Of a stretch of 64,000 nucleotides of DNA, positions 38,321-49,724 are shown piece by piece. The DNA is from Desulfomicrobium sp. (GTDB lineage: Bacteria > Desulfobacterota > Desulfovibrionia > Desulfovibrionales > Desulfomicrobiaceae). Both the position numbers and the translations under genes were made by a program. Under the pieces are notes generated by a model that had not been told where the DNA came from, did no database searches, and worked only from the letters and a program-made list of their open reading frames with translations. Location of the stretch: the NCBI GenBank assembly GCA_040768745.1, contig JAXGMI010000002.1, positions 192,001 through 256,000 of the forward strand. Reading direction: 5' to 3'. The number at the start of each line of letters is the position of its first letter. Within the stretch, counting starts at the first letter, position 1.

Positions 38321-39184
38321 ATGGATCTGATTGAAATTGGAGCGGTTCTGCGCGCGGCCAGGGAACGTAAGGGGCTGAGCATCGAGGCGGTGGAGGAAAA
38401 GATCAAAATCGCCCCGTCGGTGATCGTGGCTTTGGAAGAGGGCAATCGCAGCAGGTTTCCTCATCCTGTCTACGCCAGGGGTTTTGTGCGCAGTTATTCC
38501 ACGCTGCTGGATCTCGACGCCGCTGAAATCTGTCTTCATTTCAGCCGGGCGTACCCTGTTCCCACGGAAGCCGACCACCCGGAAATGCACGCTCCCAGGA
38601 TCAAGGTGAAGAGCCATGATCCCGGCCATCTGATCAGCGCGGTTCGTATTGTGGCAGTGCTGGGCATTTTCGTCCTCGGTATCGGAGGCTGGTATGCATT
38701 CGACGTGTACCGCGGCCGCCAAACCAAAGTTGTGGAGCCTGTCGCGGAGCAGCCCCGGGCCATTCCGGAAACTTCTGCGCCAGCCGAGTCGGCTTCGGAT
38801 CTGCCTGCCCCCATCACGCAGATGCAGGAGGTTGCGGCCGCGTCGGACCCCGGTGTCCAAAATTCCTCCAATGCCACGGTTGATTCCCCACAGCCCTCTG
38901 ATCCTGCAGCCCAAACAGTGGAGACTCCAGGTCCGCAACAGACCGCACCTGGCAACGAGCGGGTCCTGATCGTGACTGCTCATGCCGCAAGCTGGCTGCA
39001 GGCCAGGGCAGATGACAAGGTGGTGGATTATTTTTTGCGCAAGGGCGAGTCCACTTCCATCGCTTTCACAAAAACTCTGAGCGTCAAATTTGGCAATGCC
39101 GGAGGAGTCAAGCTGGAGCTCGACGGCAATCCCTATCCCTTTGAAGCCAAACCCGGCGAGGTCAAGACCCTGGTCGTGGAGTAG
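38321..39184 (+). CDS. rodZ: Cytoskeleton protein RodZ-like (HTH, TM, periplasmic C-terminal domain)
   Basis: IGAVLRAARERKGLS, ALEEG, YARGFVRSY, single TM, FGNAGGV. Confidence 0.85.
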   Translation: MDLIEIGAVLRAARERKGLSIEAVEEKIKIAPSVIVALEEGNRSRFPHPVYARGFVRSYSTLLDLDAAEICLHFSRAYPVPTEADHPEMHAPRIKVKSHDPGHLISAVRIVAVLGIFVLGIGGWYAFDVYRGRQTKVVEPVAEQPRAIPETSAPAESASDLPAPITQMQEVAAASDPGVQNSSNATVDSPQPSDPAAQTVETPGPQQTAPGNERVLIVTAHAASWLQARADDKVVDYFLRKGESTSIAFTKTLSVKFGNAGGVKLELDGNPYPFEAKPGEVKTLVVE

Positions 39185-39198
39185 TTCCGGAATTGGGC

Positions 39199-39945
39199 AT
39201 GGAATTTTCCGAACAGGTCATCGTGCTGCGGGTGGGGACGTTTCGCGAAGCAGACTGTTGGGTCCGTTTTTTTTCCCCCCTGCACGGCCTGTTGACTGGC
39301 TTCGCCTTTGGAGGCCGCCGCAGCCGCAGACGCTTTTGCGGCTGCCTTGACCCCCTCAGCCTGGTCCATTTCCGTGTCAGCCGGGACCGCAGGAGAGAGT
39401 ATCATTGCCTGGAGGAGGGGGTGCTGATCAACTCCTTTTCAGGGATGAAAAAGGATCTCAAAAAACTGGGCATGATCTGCAACTGCGTGCGTTTTTTTGA
39501 ATCCCTGTCCTTTGCCCCGGACGGGTACGCTCCGGCCTATGCCCTTCTCCACGAGACCCTGGAAGCCCTGGACAGGGATGTTTCCGGATCGTGCTTTGTC
39601 CCCCTCCTGTTCCGGGCAAAGATGGCCTTTGCCCAGGGATATCAGCCGAATCTGCGTGTTTGCCGGGAGTGCGGCCGGCCCCTGGATTCTTCTCACAGGG
39701 CCGTTTTTGCAGTGCAGGAAGGAGGGCTTTACTGCCTGCGGTGTCCCTCTGGCCCGGGGTCCAAAATTTCCGCCTCCCGTGAAACCTTGAGCCTGCTCGA
39801 GCATCTGGCCAGAACTGGACCCAGGGAATGGTCGGAATGGATGCCGCCAGCCAAGGTCCGGGAGGAATGTGTCCATCTGGTGGACGCCTTTGTGCAATGC
39901 CACCTCGGTCTGGTTTGCTCCGGCAACCGCTTCGTGCGCTGTTGA
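39199..39945 (+). CDS. recO: DNA repair protein RecO
   Basis: FREAD, GGRRSRRRF, GYQPNL..CRECG, GGLYCLRC; upstream of glyQS. Confidence 0.9.
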   Translation: MEFSEQVIVLRVGTFREADCWVRFFSPLHGLLTGFAFGGRRSRRRFCGCLDPLSLVHFRVSRDRRREYHCLEEGVLINSFSGMKKDLKKLGMICNCVRFFESLSFAPDGYAPAYALLHETLEALDRDVSGSCFVPLLFRAKMAFAQGYQPNLRVCRECGRPLDSSHRAVFAVQEGGLYCLRCPSGPGSKISASRETLSLLEHLARTGPREWSEWMPPAKVREECVHLVDAFVQCHLGLVCSGNRFVRC

Positions 39946-39987
39946 CGTGGTCTGCCATTGAATAGCGAGAGCATAAGGAGTTTGTGC

Positions 39988-40884
39988 ATGAATTTTCAGG
40001 ACGTCATCCGAAATCTGCAGGGATTCTGGGCCGACCAGGGTTGCGTGCTGCAGTTTCCATATGACTCGGAAGTGGGGGCGGGCACCTTCAATCCGTCCAC
40101 CTTTTTACGGGTTCTTGGCCCCGAGCCCTGGAAGGTGGCTTACCCTGAGTCCAGCCGCCGTCCCACGGACGGTCGATACGGCGAGAACCCGAACCGTTTG
40201 CAGCACTACTTCCAGTTTCAGGTTATCCTGAAGCCCTCTCCCGCCAATGTCCTCGATCTCTATCTGGACAGTCTCGGGGTCCTCGGGATCGACAAGCATG
40301 TCCATGACATCCGTTTTGTGGAGGACGACTGGGAAAGTCCGACCCTGGGCGCCTGGGGCCTGGGTTGGGAAGTCTGGCTCAACGGGATGGAAGTGACCCA
40401 GTTCACCTATTTCCAGCAGGTCGGGGGCATCAATCTGGATCCCATCAGTTGTGAGATCACCTACGGTGTGGAACGACTGTGCATGTATCTGCAGGAAAAG
40501 GAATCCGTATATGATCTGGCCTGGAACAACCATGTGACCTACGGTCATGTCTATCATCAGGCTGAAGTGGAGCATTCAAAGTACAATTTTGATTATTCCA
40601 ACGCCTCGATGTTGTTCGGAGTTTTTGATTCATACGAAACGGAATGCATGAGATTGTGTGAGGCGGGTCTGCCATGGCCGGCCTATGATTTCTGCCTCAA
40701 GTGTTCCCATGCCTTCAATCTGCTGGACGCGCGCGGGGCCATTTCCATCACGGAACGGGCCAAGTATATCGCCAGGGTGCGCAATCTGGCCTCTGCAGTG
40801 GCCAAATTGTACGTGGAGCAGCGCGAGGCCATGGGGCACCCCCTCTTGGCATCCTGTCCGAACGGTCAGCATCCCCTGCCGTAG
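39988..40884 (+). CDS. glyQ: Glycine-tRNA ligase alpha subunit
   Basis: [49 protein letters not shown]. Confidence 0.97.
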   Translation: MNFQDVIRNLQGFWADQGCVLQFPYDSEVGAGTFNPSTFLRVLGPEPWKVAYPESSRRPTDGRYGENPNRLQHYFQFQVILKPSPANVLDLYLDSLGVLGIDKHVHDIRFVEDDWESPTLGAWGLGWEVWLNGMEVTQFTYFQQVGGINLDPISCEITYGVERLCMYLQEKESVYDLAWNNHVTYGHVYHQAEVEHSKYNFDYSNASMLFGVFDSYETECMRLCEAGLPWPAYDFCLKCSHAFNLLDARGAISITERAKYIARVRNLASAVAKLYVEQREAMGHPLLASCPNGQHPLP

Positions 40885-40918
40885 GTGTCTTTCAAGGCTT
40901 TGCATAGGGAGTTTTTGT

Positions 40919-43000
40919 ATGGCGCATTTTGTTCTTGAAGTCGGTGTCGAAGAGATGCCGGCCCGTTTTCTGTCCAGCCTGGATCAGGAACTGCATGACC
41001 TTTTCACGCTCCAACTCCGCGAGGCGGGCCTTGGTGTTGCGACAATCGGCACTGCCTCCACTCCCAGGCGCCTGGTCGTGGACATCGCTGGCGTGGCTCC
41101 CCTGCAGCGCACCGAGGAGATCGTTGTCTCTGGCCCGCCGGCCCGCATTGCCATGGATGCCAGCGGGCAGCCAACCAAGGCCGGCCTCGGGTTTGCCAAG
41201 TCCCAGAACGTGACATTCGACCAAATTTATGTCGAATCCACGGAAAAAGGTGACTATCTGGCCTTGAAAAAGGTTGTTGGCGGGAGGCCCGCCGCTGAGA
41301 TCCTGGCTGAAGTGTGCGCCAGAGTCCTTCCGAGTCTGACATTTCCCAAGAAAATGCAATGGATAGGTAAAGATTGCACCTTTGGGCGGCCAGTTCGCTG
41401 GATCATGGCCATGCTCGACGACCATGTCGTGCCTTTCTCTTTTGCCGGACTGACCTCGGCAAACAAAACGCGGGGGCACCGGGTAATGGGCCCTGGGCCT
41501 TTCACGGTTCCCCATGCCGACAGGTATGCGGCAATCCTTTCCGAGCAGGGCTATGTCACTCTGGACAGAACGCTTCGCAAGGCTGTCATTCAGACCGGGG
41601 GAGATCGTCTGGCCGCTGAGGCGGGCGGACGGGTGGAATGGTCCCCCCTGCTGCTGGATCAGGTGGCCGACCTCGTGGAGACCCCCCGACCCATCCTGGG
41701 CAGATTCCATGAAAAATTTCTGGACCTGCCGGCCGAGGTGTTGCTGACCAGCATGGAAACGCATCAGAAGAGCTTCGGCCTGCGCGGTCCGGACGGAAGA
41801 CTTCTGCCCTGTTTCCTGACTGCGGCCAATATCGAATCCCGTGAACCTGGCCTGGTCCGAAAAGGCTGGGAACGTGTGCTGCGGGCCCGTCTGGAGGACG
41901 CCCGTTTTTTTTGGGAGGCCGATTGCGCCGCGACGTTCCAAGGCTGGCTGGACAAACTGGACAAAGTCGTCTTCATCGGACCCTTGGGCACCATGGGCGA
42001 GAAAACCAGACGGCTGGAAAAGCTGGCTGCATCCCTGGCCTCCAGGATCGAGCCGCAACTGGCCGGGGACATGGCCCGCGCCGGACGTTTGTCCAAGGCC
42101 GACCTTGTCTCGGAAATGGTTTACGAGTTCGACGACCTCCAAGGCAAGATGGGCGGGATTTACGCCCGCCGCAAAGGTGAGAGCGAAACTGTGGCCCAGG
42201 CACTGTCCGAGCAGTACCTGCCCGCCGGGCAGGACTCCCCATTGCCCTTGAGTGTGGCCGGGGCCATTCTGTCCCTGGCGGATAAGCTCGACAACCTGAC
42301 GGGCTGCTTCGGGCTGGGCATGATCCCCACGGGAGCGGCCGACCCCTATGCCTTGCGCCGCAGCGCCCTGGGTGTGATCCGCATTCTCCTGGAACTGGGG
42401 CGTTCTATGGATCTGCAGGTACTTCTGGCGGAAGCCCAGGCCGGGTACACCGGCGTGGCCTGGAAAATATCTCCGACCGAATCCGTGGACAAACTCATGG
42501 ATTTTTTTGGCCAGCGACTGCGGGCCTATTGGGCCGGGCAAGGCATTGAAACTCTGGTCCTGGACGCGGCCATGGCAGCGGGATTTGCTGACATCGTCGA
42601 CACCTGGCGTCGGGTCCAGGCCTTGGCCCATTTCAGCAGGGAAGCAGACTTCGAGGCCTCGGTGTTGACCTTCAAGCGGGCGGCGAACATTATCCGCAAG
42701 CAGGCCGAGCAGGAACTTTCCGGCTTGGTACGCGAGGATCTTTTTGAAGCGGAGCAAGAAAATGCGTTCTGGCAGACCCTGATCAGGGTGGAGCCAGTCT
42801 GGGCAAAACAGGCCCTTGAGGGGAAGTATGCGGACATGTTGGCGCAATTACGTGAACTCCGGCCAGTAGTGGACGCTTTTTTCGACAGGGTCATGGTCAT
42901 GTGCGACGATCCGGCCCTGCGAACCAACCGTCTGAATCTGCTTTTTCGCCTCGTTTCTGCCCTGGGGGGCGTGGCGGATTTCGGAAAGTTCCAAGTTTGA
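40919..43000 (+). CDS. glyS: Glycine-tRNA ligase beta subunit
   Basis: EVGVEEMPA, TPRRL, FPKKMQW..FGRPVRW, RARLEDA, KADL..MVYEF..LQG, DPYALRR, NRLNLL. Confidence 0.96.
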   Translation: MAHFVLEVGVEEMPARFLSSLDQELHDLFTLQLREAGLGVATIGTASTPRRLVVDIAGVAPLQRTEEIVVSGPPARIAMDASGQPTKAGLGFAKSQNVTFDQIYVESTEKGDYLALKKVVGGRPAAEILAEVCARVLPSLTFPKKMQWIGKDCTFGRPVRWIMAMLDDHVVPFSFAGLTSANKTRGHRVMGPGPFTVPHADRYAAILSEQGYVTLDRTLRKAVIQTGGDRLAAEAGGRVEWSPLLLDQVADLVETPRPILGRFHEKFLDLPAEVLLTSMETHQKSFGLRGPDGRLLPCFLTAANIESREPGLVRKGWERVLRARLEDARFFWEADCAATFQGWLDKLDKVVFIGPLGTMGEKTRRLEKLAASLASRIEPQLAGDMARAGRLSKADLVSEMVYEFDDLQGKMGGIYARRKGESETVAQALSEQYLPAGQDSPLPLSVAGAILSLADKLDNLTGCFGLGMIPTGAADPYALRRSALGVIRILLELGRSMDLQVLLAEAQAGYTGVAWKISPTESVDKLMDFFGQRLRAYWAGQGIETLVLDAAMAAGFADIVDTWRRVQALAHFSREADFEASVLTFKRAANIIRKQAEQELSGLVREDLFEAEQENAFWQTLIRVEPVWAKQALEGKYADMLAQLRELRPVVDAFFDRVMVMCDDPALRTNRLNLLFRLVSALGGVADFGKFQV

Positions 43001-43002
43001 AC

Positions 43003-43030
43003 TTGACAGCTTTTCCCGGCTTCGGATAGT
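43003..43030 (+). promoter_or_regulatory. Putative sigma70 promoter of rpsT
   Basis: TTGACA-16 nt-GATAGT, 65 nt upstream of the start codon. Confidence 0.5.
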
Positions 43031-43094
43031 GGCACCGGATTGCAGAGACATCCACTACTGACTGACACACGCGTAGAATAAAGGAGAAATACCC

Positions 43095-43355
43095 TTGGCC
43101 AATCACAAGTCTGCCCTGAAGAGACACCGTCAGAGCCTGAAGGCCCGCGAACGGAACAGAATGATGAAAACCCGGGTGAAGAATGCCATGAAGGCTGTGC
43201 GCCTTGCCGTGGAGTCCAATGACGCCGACGCTGCGGCCAAGGCCTTGCAGGACGCCACTTCCGTTTTGGACAAGGCCGCCGGCAAGAAGGTCATTCACTG
43301 GCGTACTGCGGCCAGAAAAATTTCGCGTCTCAGTTTGGCTGCGAACAAGATCTAG
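43095..43355 (+). CDS. rpsT: 30S ribosomal protein S20
   Basis: [38 protein letters not shown] start with AAGGAG RBS. Confidence 0.97.
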   Translation: MANHKSALKRHRQSLKARERNRMMKTRVKNAMKAVRLAVESNDADAAAKALQDATSVLDKAAGKKVIHWRTAARKISRLSLAANKI

Positions 43356-43380
43356 TCATCACGCACCCGCTTCAGTCACA

Positions 43381-43420
43381 AGGCCCGTCATGATGCTGCA
43401 TGATGGGTCTTTTGTTTTTT
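43381..43420 (+). terminator. Intrinsic terminator of rpsT
   Basis: aggcccgtcatg-atgctg-catgatgggtct followed by tttgtttttt. Confidence 0.8.
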
Positions 43421-43597
43421 GGCGATCCGCTCCATGCGTCTGACCCGAAATTTTGGCTTGGGCATTTTCTGCATTGTCGCCCCGGTGGGTTGGCGCCGCT
43501 GATTGACAAGCGAGGGGACGCCCGGGTATCGATTATCGGTCAGATGGGTTCTCCACAATTTCGGGAACATCAACACATCAGCTTGGCGGAGGTCTCC

Positions 43598-44734
43598 ATG
43601 AAAGCGGCGAGATGGATCGTTGTCCTTTTGCTTTATCTCTTGTGCAGCGCCTCGGCTCTGGCGGAGAGCATCAAGATCGGGGCTGTTCTCTCCGTGACTG
43701 GTCCTGCCTCATTCCTGGGCGAGCCGGAAAAGAACACCCTCCTCATGCTCCGGGATCAGGTCAACAGCAAGGGCGGCATCAACGGCCAGCAGGTCGAGGT
43801 CATCGTCTATGACGACGAGTCCGACGTGAACAAATGTGTGATGGCCGCCAAGAAACTCCTGGATCAGGACCGTGTGTCCGTGGTTGTCGGACCGAGTATT
43901 TCGGGCAACACCCTGGCTATCGCCAAGTTTTTCTCCTCTGCCCAGGTTCCTCTGATTTCCTGTGCCGCTGCGGAAAAAATTGTTCGTCCTGTGGACCCCT
44001 GGATTTTCAATACACCACAGCTGGACCGCCATGCTGTGACCAAGATTCTGCTGGACGCCCAGTCCAGGAAGTACTCCAAACTGGCCATCCTGACCGTTTC
44101 CGACGGCTATGGACAGGCGGGCCGTGGCGTCCTGAAGGAACTGATCCCAGCTCAGGGTTTTGCCCTGGTGGCCGACGAGAGCTTTGGACCCAAGGATACG
44201 GACATGACCGCCCAGCTGACCAAAATCAAAGGCACGTCTCCGGATGCCATCATTTGTTGGGGCACCAACCCCGGACCAGCCGTAGTGGCCCGCAATCGGA
44301 CCCAACTGGGTTTAACCACACCGCTGTACATGAGCCATGGCGTGGCTTCAAACAAGTTCATCGAGCTCGCCGGGGAAGCCGCAGAAGGATTGATTTTGCC
44401 TGCCGGGCGATTGGTGGCCGTGGAGCAAGTGCCGGCTGGCCACCCGCAGAAGAGGGTCCTGGAAGAATACGTGGCCAACTATACGAAAACCTACAACACT
44501 CCGGTTTCGTCCTTTGGTGGATACGCTCACGATGCATTTGCGCTGGTCAGGGAGGCCATAATCAAGGGTGGTTCCGCCAAACCGTCCGACATCCGCAACA
44601 ACCTGGAGAAGATTTCCTCCTTTGCAGGCACTTCCGGGGTGTACAGCTATTCGTCCGACAACCATAACGGCCTGGATGAGAATGCCTTCATCATGGTCAC
44701 CATTGAAAAGGGCGCCTGGAAGGTCATGCAATAA
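43598..44734 (+). CDS. Branched-chain amino acid/aromatic acid ABC transporter substrate-binding protein (LivK-like)
   Basis: Signal peptide; IKIGAVLSVTGPASFLG, GGINGQ, YDDESD, DGYG, YMSHG; GGAGG RBS. Confidence 0.9.
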   Translation: MKAARWIVVLLLYLLCSASALAESIKIGAVLSVTGPASFLGEPEKNTLLMLRDQVNSKGGINGQQVEVIVYDDESDVNKCVMAAKKLLDQDRVSVVVGPSISGNTLAIAKFFSSAQVPLISCAAAEKIVRPVDPWIFNTPQLDRHAVTKILLDAQSRKYSKLAILTVSDGYGQAGRGVLKELIPAQGFALVADESFGPKDTDMTAQLTKIKGTSPDAIICWGTNPGPAVVARNRTQLGLTTPLYMSHGVASNKFIELAGEAAEGLILPAGRLVAVEQVPAGHPQKRVLEEYVANYTKTYNTPVSSFGGYAHDAFALVREAIIKGGSAKPSDIRNNLEKISSFAGTSGVYSYSSDNHNGLDENAFIMVTIEKGAWKVMQ

Positions 44735-44746
44735 ACGCTTCAGCCC

Positions 44747-44781
44747 AAGCCGGCGTCCCTTCGGGGCGCCGGCTTTTTTTT
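44747..44781 (+). terminator. Intra-operon terminator-like hairpin after the binding-protein gene
   Basis: aagccggcgtccc-ttc-ggggcgccggctt followed by T6. Confidence 0.75.
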
Positions 44782-44789
44782 CTGCGCAC

Positions 44790-45671
44790 ATGGATTCTTC
44801 AAGCCTGCTTCAATACCTGATCACTGGCCTGACCTTGGGCAGCACCTATGGGCTGACCGCGCTGGGCTTCACGATCATTTTCAACACCACAGGGGTGATC
44901 AATTTCGCCCAGGGCGAGTTTGTCATGCTCGGTGGGATGATGAGCGTTTTTCTGGTCAGGGTTCTGGGGGTCACTGTCCCTCTGGCGGTTCCCCTGGCCG
45001 CTCTGGGGACAATGCTGACCGGTGCTCTGGTTGAGCGGCTGGCCATACGTCCCGTGCGTGGCTGCCCGTCTATCAATCTCGTCATCATCACCATTGGCGT
45101 GTCCATCCTCATCCGAGGTCTGGCCATGCTCTTCTGGGGCAAGGATACCCATGTGCTGGAGCCCTTCTCAGGTGACCAACCCGTAATGGTCCTGGGTGCC
45201 GCCATCATGCCCCAGGCCTTCTGGGTCCTGGCCATCAGCGTGATTCTGCTGACCGGGCTCAAGCTGTTCTTTTCCCTCACCACCCAAGGCAAGGCTATGT
45301 TGGCGTGTTCCTTCGATCCCAAGGCGGCGTCCTTGGTTGGCATCGGCGTTCAGCGCATGGTGATGCTGTCTTTCATGATTTCGGCTCTCATCGGGGCAGT
45401 GGGGGGCATCATTCTGACCCCCATCACCATGACCTCCTACGACAAGGGGATCATGCTGGGTCTCAAGGGTTTTGCGGCCTGCATCCTGGGGGGGTTGGGC
45501 AACCCTTTCGGCGCCGCTGCCGGTGGGCTCATCCTCGGGGTGCTGGAGTCCCTGGGGGCAGGGTTTGTGTCTTCTGCCTACAAGGACGCACTGGCCTTCA
45601 TCGTTTTGCTGATCCTCCTTTTCGTGAAACCGTCGGGCCTCTTCGGTCAGAAAGATGCAAAACGGGTATAA
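44790..45671 (+). CDS. livH: Branched-chain amino acid ABC transporter permease (LivH-like)
   Basis: GLTLGSTYGLTALG, INFAQGE, KGFAACILGGLGN. Confidence 0.85.
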   Translation: MDSSSLLQYLITGLTLGSTYGLTALGFTIIFNTTGVINFAQGEFVMLGGMMSVFLVRVLGVTVPLAVPLAALGTMLTGALVERLAIRPVRGCPSINLVIITIGVSILIRGLAMLFWGKDTHVLEPFSGDQPVMVLGAAIMPQAFWVLAISVILLTGLKLFFSLTTQGKAMLACSFDPKAASLVGIGVQRMVMLSFMISALIGAVGGIILTPITMTSYDKGIMLGLKGFAACILGGLGNPFGAAAGGLILGVLESLGAGFVSSAYKDALAFIVLLILLFVKPSGLFGQKDAKRV

Positions 45672-45672
45672 C

Positions 45673-46618
45673 GTGGCATATCGCAGAGATATGTTCTGGC
45701 TGGCCGGATTTTTCACCCTTCTCATGCTGGCCCCGTTCTGCATGCCGAACAATTATTATTTGACCATCCTCATCCTGTGCGGGCTGCACGCCATGCATGC
45801 CGTTGGCCTCTGCCTGCTGGTCGGCCACGCGGGGCAGATCTCTCTCGGGCATGCTGGATTCTATGGTCTGGCAGCCTACACCAGTGCCTACCTGAGCACC
45901 ACACTGGGTCTTGCCGTGGGTCTGTCCATGGTGGCGGGAGTGGTCCTGACCGTCCTGATCAGCCTGCTGGTTGGCCTTCCTTCACTGAAGCTCAAGGGGC
46001 ACTACCTGGCCATGGCCACGCTGGGGTTCGGTATCATCCTGTCCATCCTGTTCACCGAGACCGTGGACATCACAGGGGGGCCGTCGGGGTTTGTGGGTAT
46101 CCCCCGGCTGTCCATCCTGGGCCAGGAATTGACCACGGACATCGCCGTGTACAGGGCTGTGGCCGTAGTGTTGTGCCTGATGGTCTGGCTGTCTTTTAAC
46201 GTGCTGCATTCACGGATTGGCCGGGCCCTGCGCGCCCTGCACACTTCGGAAAAGGCGGCCCAGGCCATGGGCGTGGACATCGCCCGCTTCAAACTGTTCG
46301 TTTTTGTCCTTTCCGCCGCATTCTCTTCCATATCAGGGGTTCTGTACGCCCATTATTTGACCTTCATCGCTCCGGTGTCCTTCGGATTCATGTTTTCGGT
46401 AGAACTCATTGTCATGGTTGTTTTGGGTGGAATGGTCAGTGTCCCCGGGAGCATCGTGGGTGCGTTTTTTGTCACGATCCTGCCGGAATTCCTGCGCGCT
46501 TTCGAAAACGTCGAAGTCGTTCTTTTCGGCGCTATTTTGATTTTGTGTATGATGTTTCTGCCCGATGGTCTGGCCGGTGGGTGGAATCGTCTGTGGAGCA
46601 GGTTCCGAAGGGCAGTCC

Positions 46619-46626
<8 letters not shown>
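45673..46626 (+). CDS. livM: Branched-chain amino acid ABC transporter permease (LivM-like)
   Basis: GHAGQISLGHAGF, LKGHYLAMATL, SRIGRALRA, VVLGG, FLPDGL. Confidence 0.85.
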
Positions 46627-47389
<763 letters not shown>

Positions 47390-47390
47390 C

Positions 47391-48131
47391 ATGCAGCCGA
47401 CGCTCCTGGCCCTCAAGAACGTGGATGTCTTCTACGGTCGCATTCACGCCGTCCGCCGGGCGACACTGCACGTACGCCAGGGCGAGATCGTGGCCCTCAT
47501 CGGTGGCAACGGCGCGGGCAAGACCACCATGCTGTGCACGGTTTCAGGGTTGATCAGGCCGGGTCAGGGCAGCATCATGCTGGGTGACCAGGATATCGTA
47601 TCCCGCACGCCCGAGCAGATAGTGCGTGCCGGCATCTCGCATGTGCCCGAGGGCCGTCTCGTGTTCAGCCCCCTGTCGGTGGAGGACAACCTGCGTCTTG
47701 GCGCCTACACGCGTCCCCGGTTTCGGCAACGTGAGGGTATTGCCACGGACCTGGAGGCCATGTTTGATATGTTTCCGGTCCTGCGGGAGCGTCGCGCCCA
47801 GCCCGCCGGGACATTGTCCGGTGGGGAGCAGCAGATGCTGGCCATTGGCCGGGCACTCATGGCCAGGCCCCGGCTTCTCCTCCTGGACGAGCCGGGCATG
47901 GGTCTGGCCCCGATGGTAGTCAAGGATATTTTTCGTCATATCGTGAACCTGCGGGATCGGCTTGGCCTGACAGTGCTCCTGGTGGAACAGAACGCCCGCA
48001 GCGCCCTGAAAATTGCCGACCGGGGCTATGTTCTGGAGAACGGGCGGGTCATCTTGCAGGGCACTGCTGCGGAGCTCCTGGCCAATCGGGACGTGCAGCG
48101 GGCGTACCTGGGCCGCGAACTGGACGAGTAG
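47391..48131 (+). CDS. livF: Branched-chain amino acid ABC transporter ATP-binding protein (LivF-like)
   Basis: GGNGAGKTT, HVPEGR, LSGGEQQMLAIGRALM, VEQNA. Confidence 0.88.
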   Translation: MQPTLLALKNVDVFYGRIHAVRRATLHVRQGEIVALIGGNGAGKTTMLCTVSGLIRPGQGSIMLGDQDIVSRTPEQIVRAGISHVPEGRLVFSPLSVEDNLRLGAYTRPRFRQREGIATDLEAMFDMFPVLRERRAQPAGTLSGGEQQMLAIGRALMARPRLLLLDEPGMGLAPMVVKDIFRHIVNLRDRLGLTVLLVEQNARSALKIADRGYVLENGRVILQGTAAELLANRDVQRAYLGRELDE

Positions 48132-48141
48132 GAGGGAGAGT

Positions 48142-49428
48142 ATGTTCTGGCAGGGCGAATATGAATGCATGGACCGTGGCGAGTTGGAGCTGCTTCAACT
48201 GGAGAGGCTGCAGGCGACTCTGAACCGCGTGGCCCGCAATGTGCCACTGTACCGCAAGCGTTTTGCCGAGCTGGGCATTGACCCTTACGACGTGCAGTCC
48301 CTGGAGGACGTCAAGTCCCTGCCATTCACCACCAAGGAAGACTTGCGGCAGCATTATCCCTACGGCCTTTTCGCCGTGCCCCTGAGGGATGTCGTACGCA
48401 TGCAAACCTCAACGGGCACAACAGGCAAGCCGACAGTGGTCGGCTACACCTCCGGAGACGTCCGCCGATGGTCCGAGTTGGCCGCGCGGATCCTGACCGC
48501 CGGTGGCATAACCAAGGATGACGCCGTGCAGATCGCGTACAACTACGGCTTGTTCACGGGTGCGTTCGGAATCCACTCAGGGGCCGAACTGATCGGTGCG
48601 TCGGTCATTCCCAGTTCCAGTGGCGACGCCCGGCGCCAGATCTCCATCATGCAGGACTACCGGACCACGGCGCTGGTCTGCACGCCGAGCTATGCCCTGC
48701 ATCTGGCCGATACCTTGGAGGAGATGAACATCAACAAGACCGCGTTGAGCCTGCGGTTCGGTCTCTTCGGCTCCGAACCATGGACCGAGGAGACTCGTCT
48801 GGAGATCGAAACCCGGCTCGGCATACAGGCCACAGACAATTATGGTTTGAGTGAGATCACGGCCGTGGCAGGGGAATGTCTGGAACGTACCGGCCTGCAC
48901 ATCAACGAGGACCATTTTCTGCCCGAAATAGTGAATCCGCTGACAGGGGAAGTACTGCCTCCGGGGCAGAAAGGTGAACTCGTCTTGACCACGCTGACCA
49001 AGGAGGCCTTTCCCCTGGTCCGTTTCCGCACCGGGGACCTGACAGCCCTCATCGAAACGCCGTGCACCTGTGGGCGGACCCTGCGGCGCATGACCCGCAT
49101 CCCTGGGCGCAGCGACGACATGCTTATCATTCGTGGATCCAACGTCTTTCCTGCCCAGATCGAAGGGGTCATTGCCACAACCGGCATCCACAATCCGCAC
49201 TACCAGATTGTGTTGGATCGGGTTGGACACATGGACAGGGCCACCATCATGCTCGAAGCCCCGGAGTCCTTCTGCACCGACTCCATCAAGGAGTCTCAGC
49301 GAATTCTGGAAAACGTGCGTATCCGGTTGCATACGGAATTGGGAGTGGCCTTTGAAGTCCGGTTGGTTGAGCCCAAGACCATAACGTATGAAGCCCAGGG
49401 CAGGATCATAGACCGGCGCAAGATGTAA
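48142..49428 (+). CDS. paaK: Phenylacetate-CoA ligase family protein
   Basis: LPFTTKEDLR..YPYGLFAVP, STGTTGKP, YGLFTG, TPSY, DNYGLSE, RFRTGD, GRSDDMLIIRG.NVFP. Confidence 0.88.
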   Translation: MFWQGEYECMDRGELELLQLERLQATLNRVARNVPLYRKRFAELGIDPYDVQSLEDVKSLPFTTKEDLRQHYPYGLFAVPLRDVVRMQTSTGTTGKPTVVGYTSGDVRRWSELAARILTAGGITKDDAVQIAYNYGLFTGAFGIHSGAELIGASVIPSSSGDARRQISIMQDYRTTALVCTPSYALHLADTLEEMNINKTALSLRFGLFGSEPWTEETRLEIETRLGIQATDNYGLSEITAVAGECLERTGLHINEDHFLPEIVNPLTGEVLPPGQKGELVLTTLTKEAFPLVRFRTGDLTALIETPCTCGRTLRRMTRIPGRSDDMLIIRGSNVFPAQIEGVIATTGIHNPHYQIVLDRVGHMDRATIMLEAPESFCTDSIKESQRILENVRIRLHTELGVAFEVRLVEPKTITYEAQGRIIDRRKM

Positions 49429-49453
49429 GGAGCACTTCAGGTCTGTTCCCTGG

Positions 49454-49486
49454 AGCGCCTCCACCCGGAATCCGGATGGGGGCGCT
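49454..49486. terminator. Hairpin between convergent paaK and small membrane protein genes
   Basis: agcgcctcca...tgggggcgct with inner ccgg/ccgg stem; no U-tract. Confidence 0.45.
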
Positions 49487-49508
49487 GGTCAGGAAAAACG
49501 GACAGGCA

Positions 49509-49682
49509 TCACCATCTGCGGTTCAGATAGCGGATGACACAATAGGACAGGACTGCGATAACCACGGTCATGCCGCCCAGGAGCCCGAATATGTTGGTGG
49601 ACTTGCCCAAAAGCCTGAGTCCGCCCATAGTCAGCACCCCGATCACTCCGCCAATCCACAACAGCACGTTCCGGTTATTCAT
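49509..49682 (-). CDS. Small two-TM membrane protein (57 aa), absent from the ORF track
   Basis: MNNRNVLLWIGGVIGVLTMGGLRLLGKSTNIFGLLGGMTVVIAVLSYCVIRYLNRRW; GGAG/GAGG RBS; positive-inside termini. Confidence 0.65.
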   Translation of the reverse strand: MNNRNVLLWIGGVIGVLTMGGLRLLGKSTNIFGLLGGMTVVIAVLSYCVIRYLNRRW

Positions 49683-49724
49683 CCCTCTGCTCCACGAGTG
49701 AACCAGACATGTTCCTCGGCCCCC

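Noticed and set aside
43095..43097. TTG start codon of rpsT as an anomaly
   Set aside because: UUG initiation of rpsT is known in other bacteria
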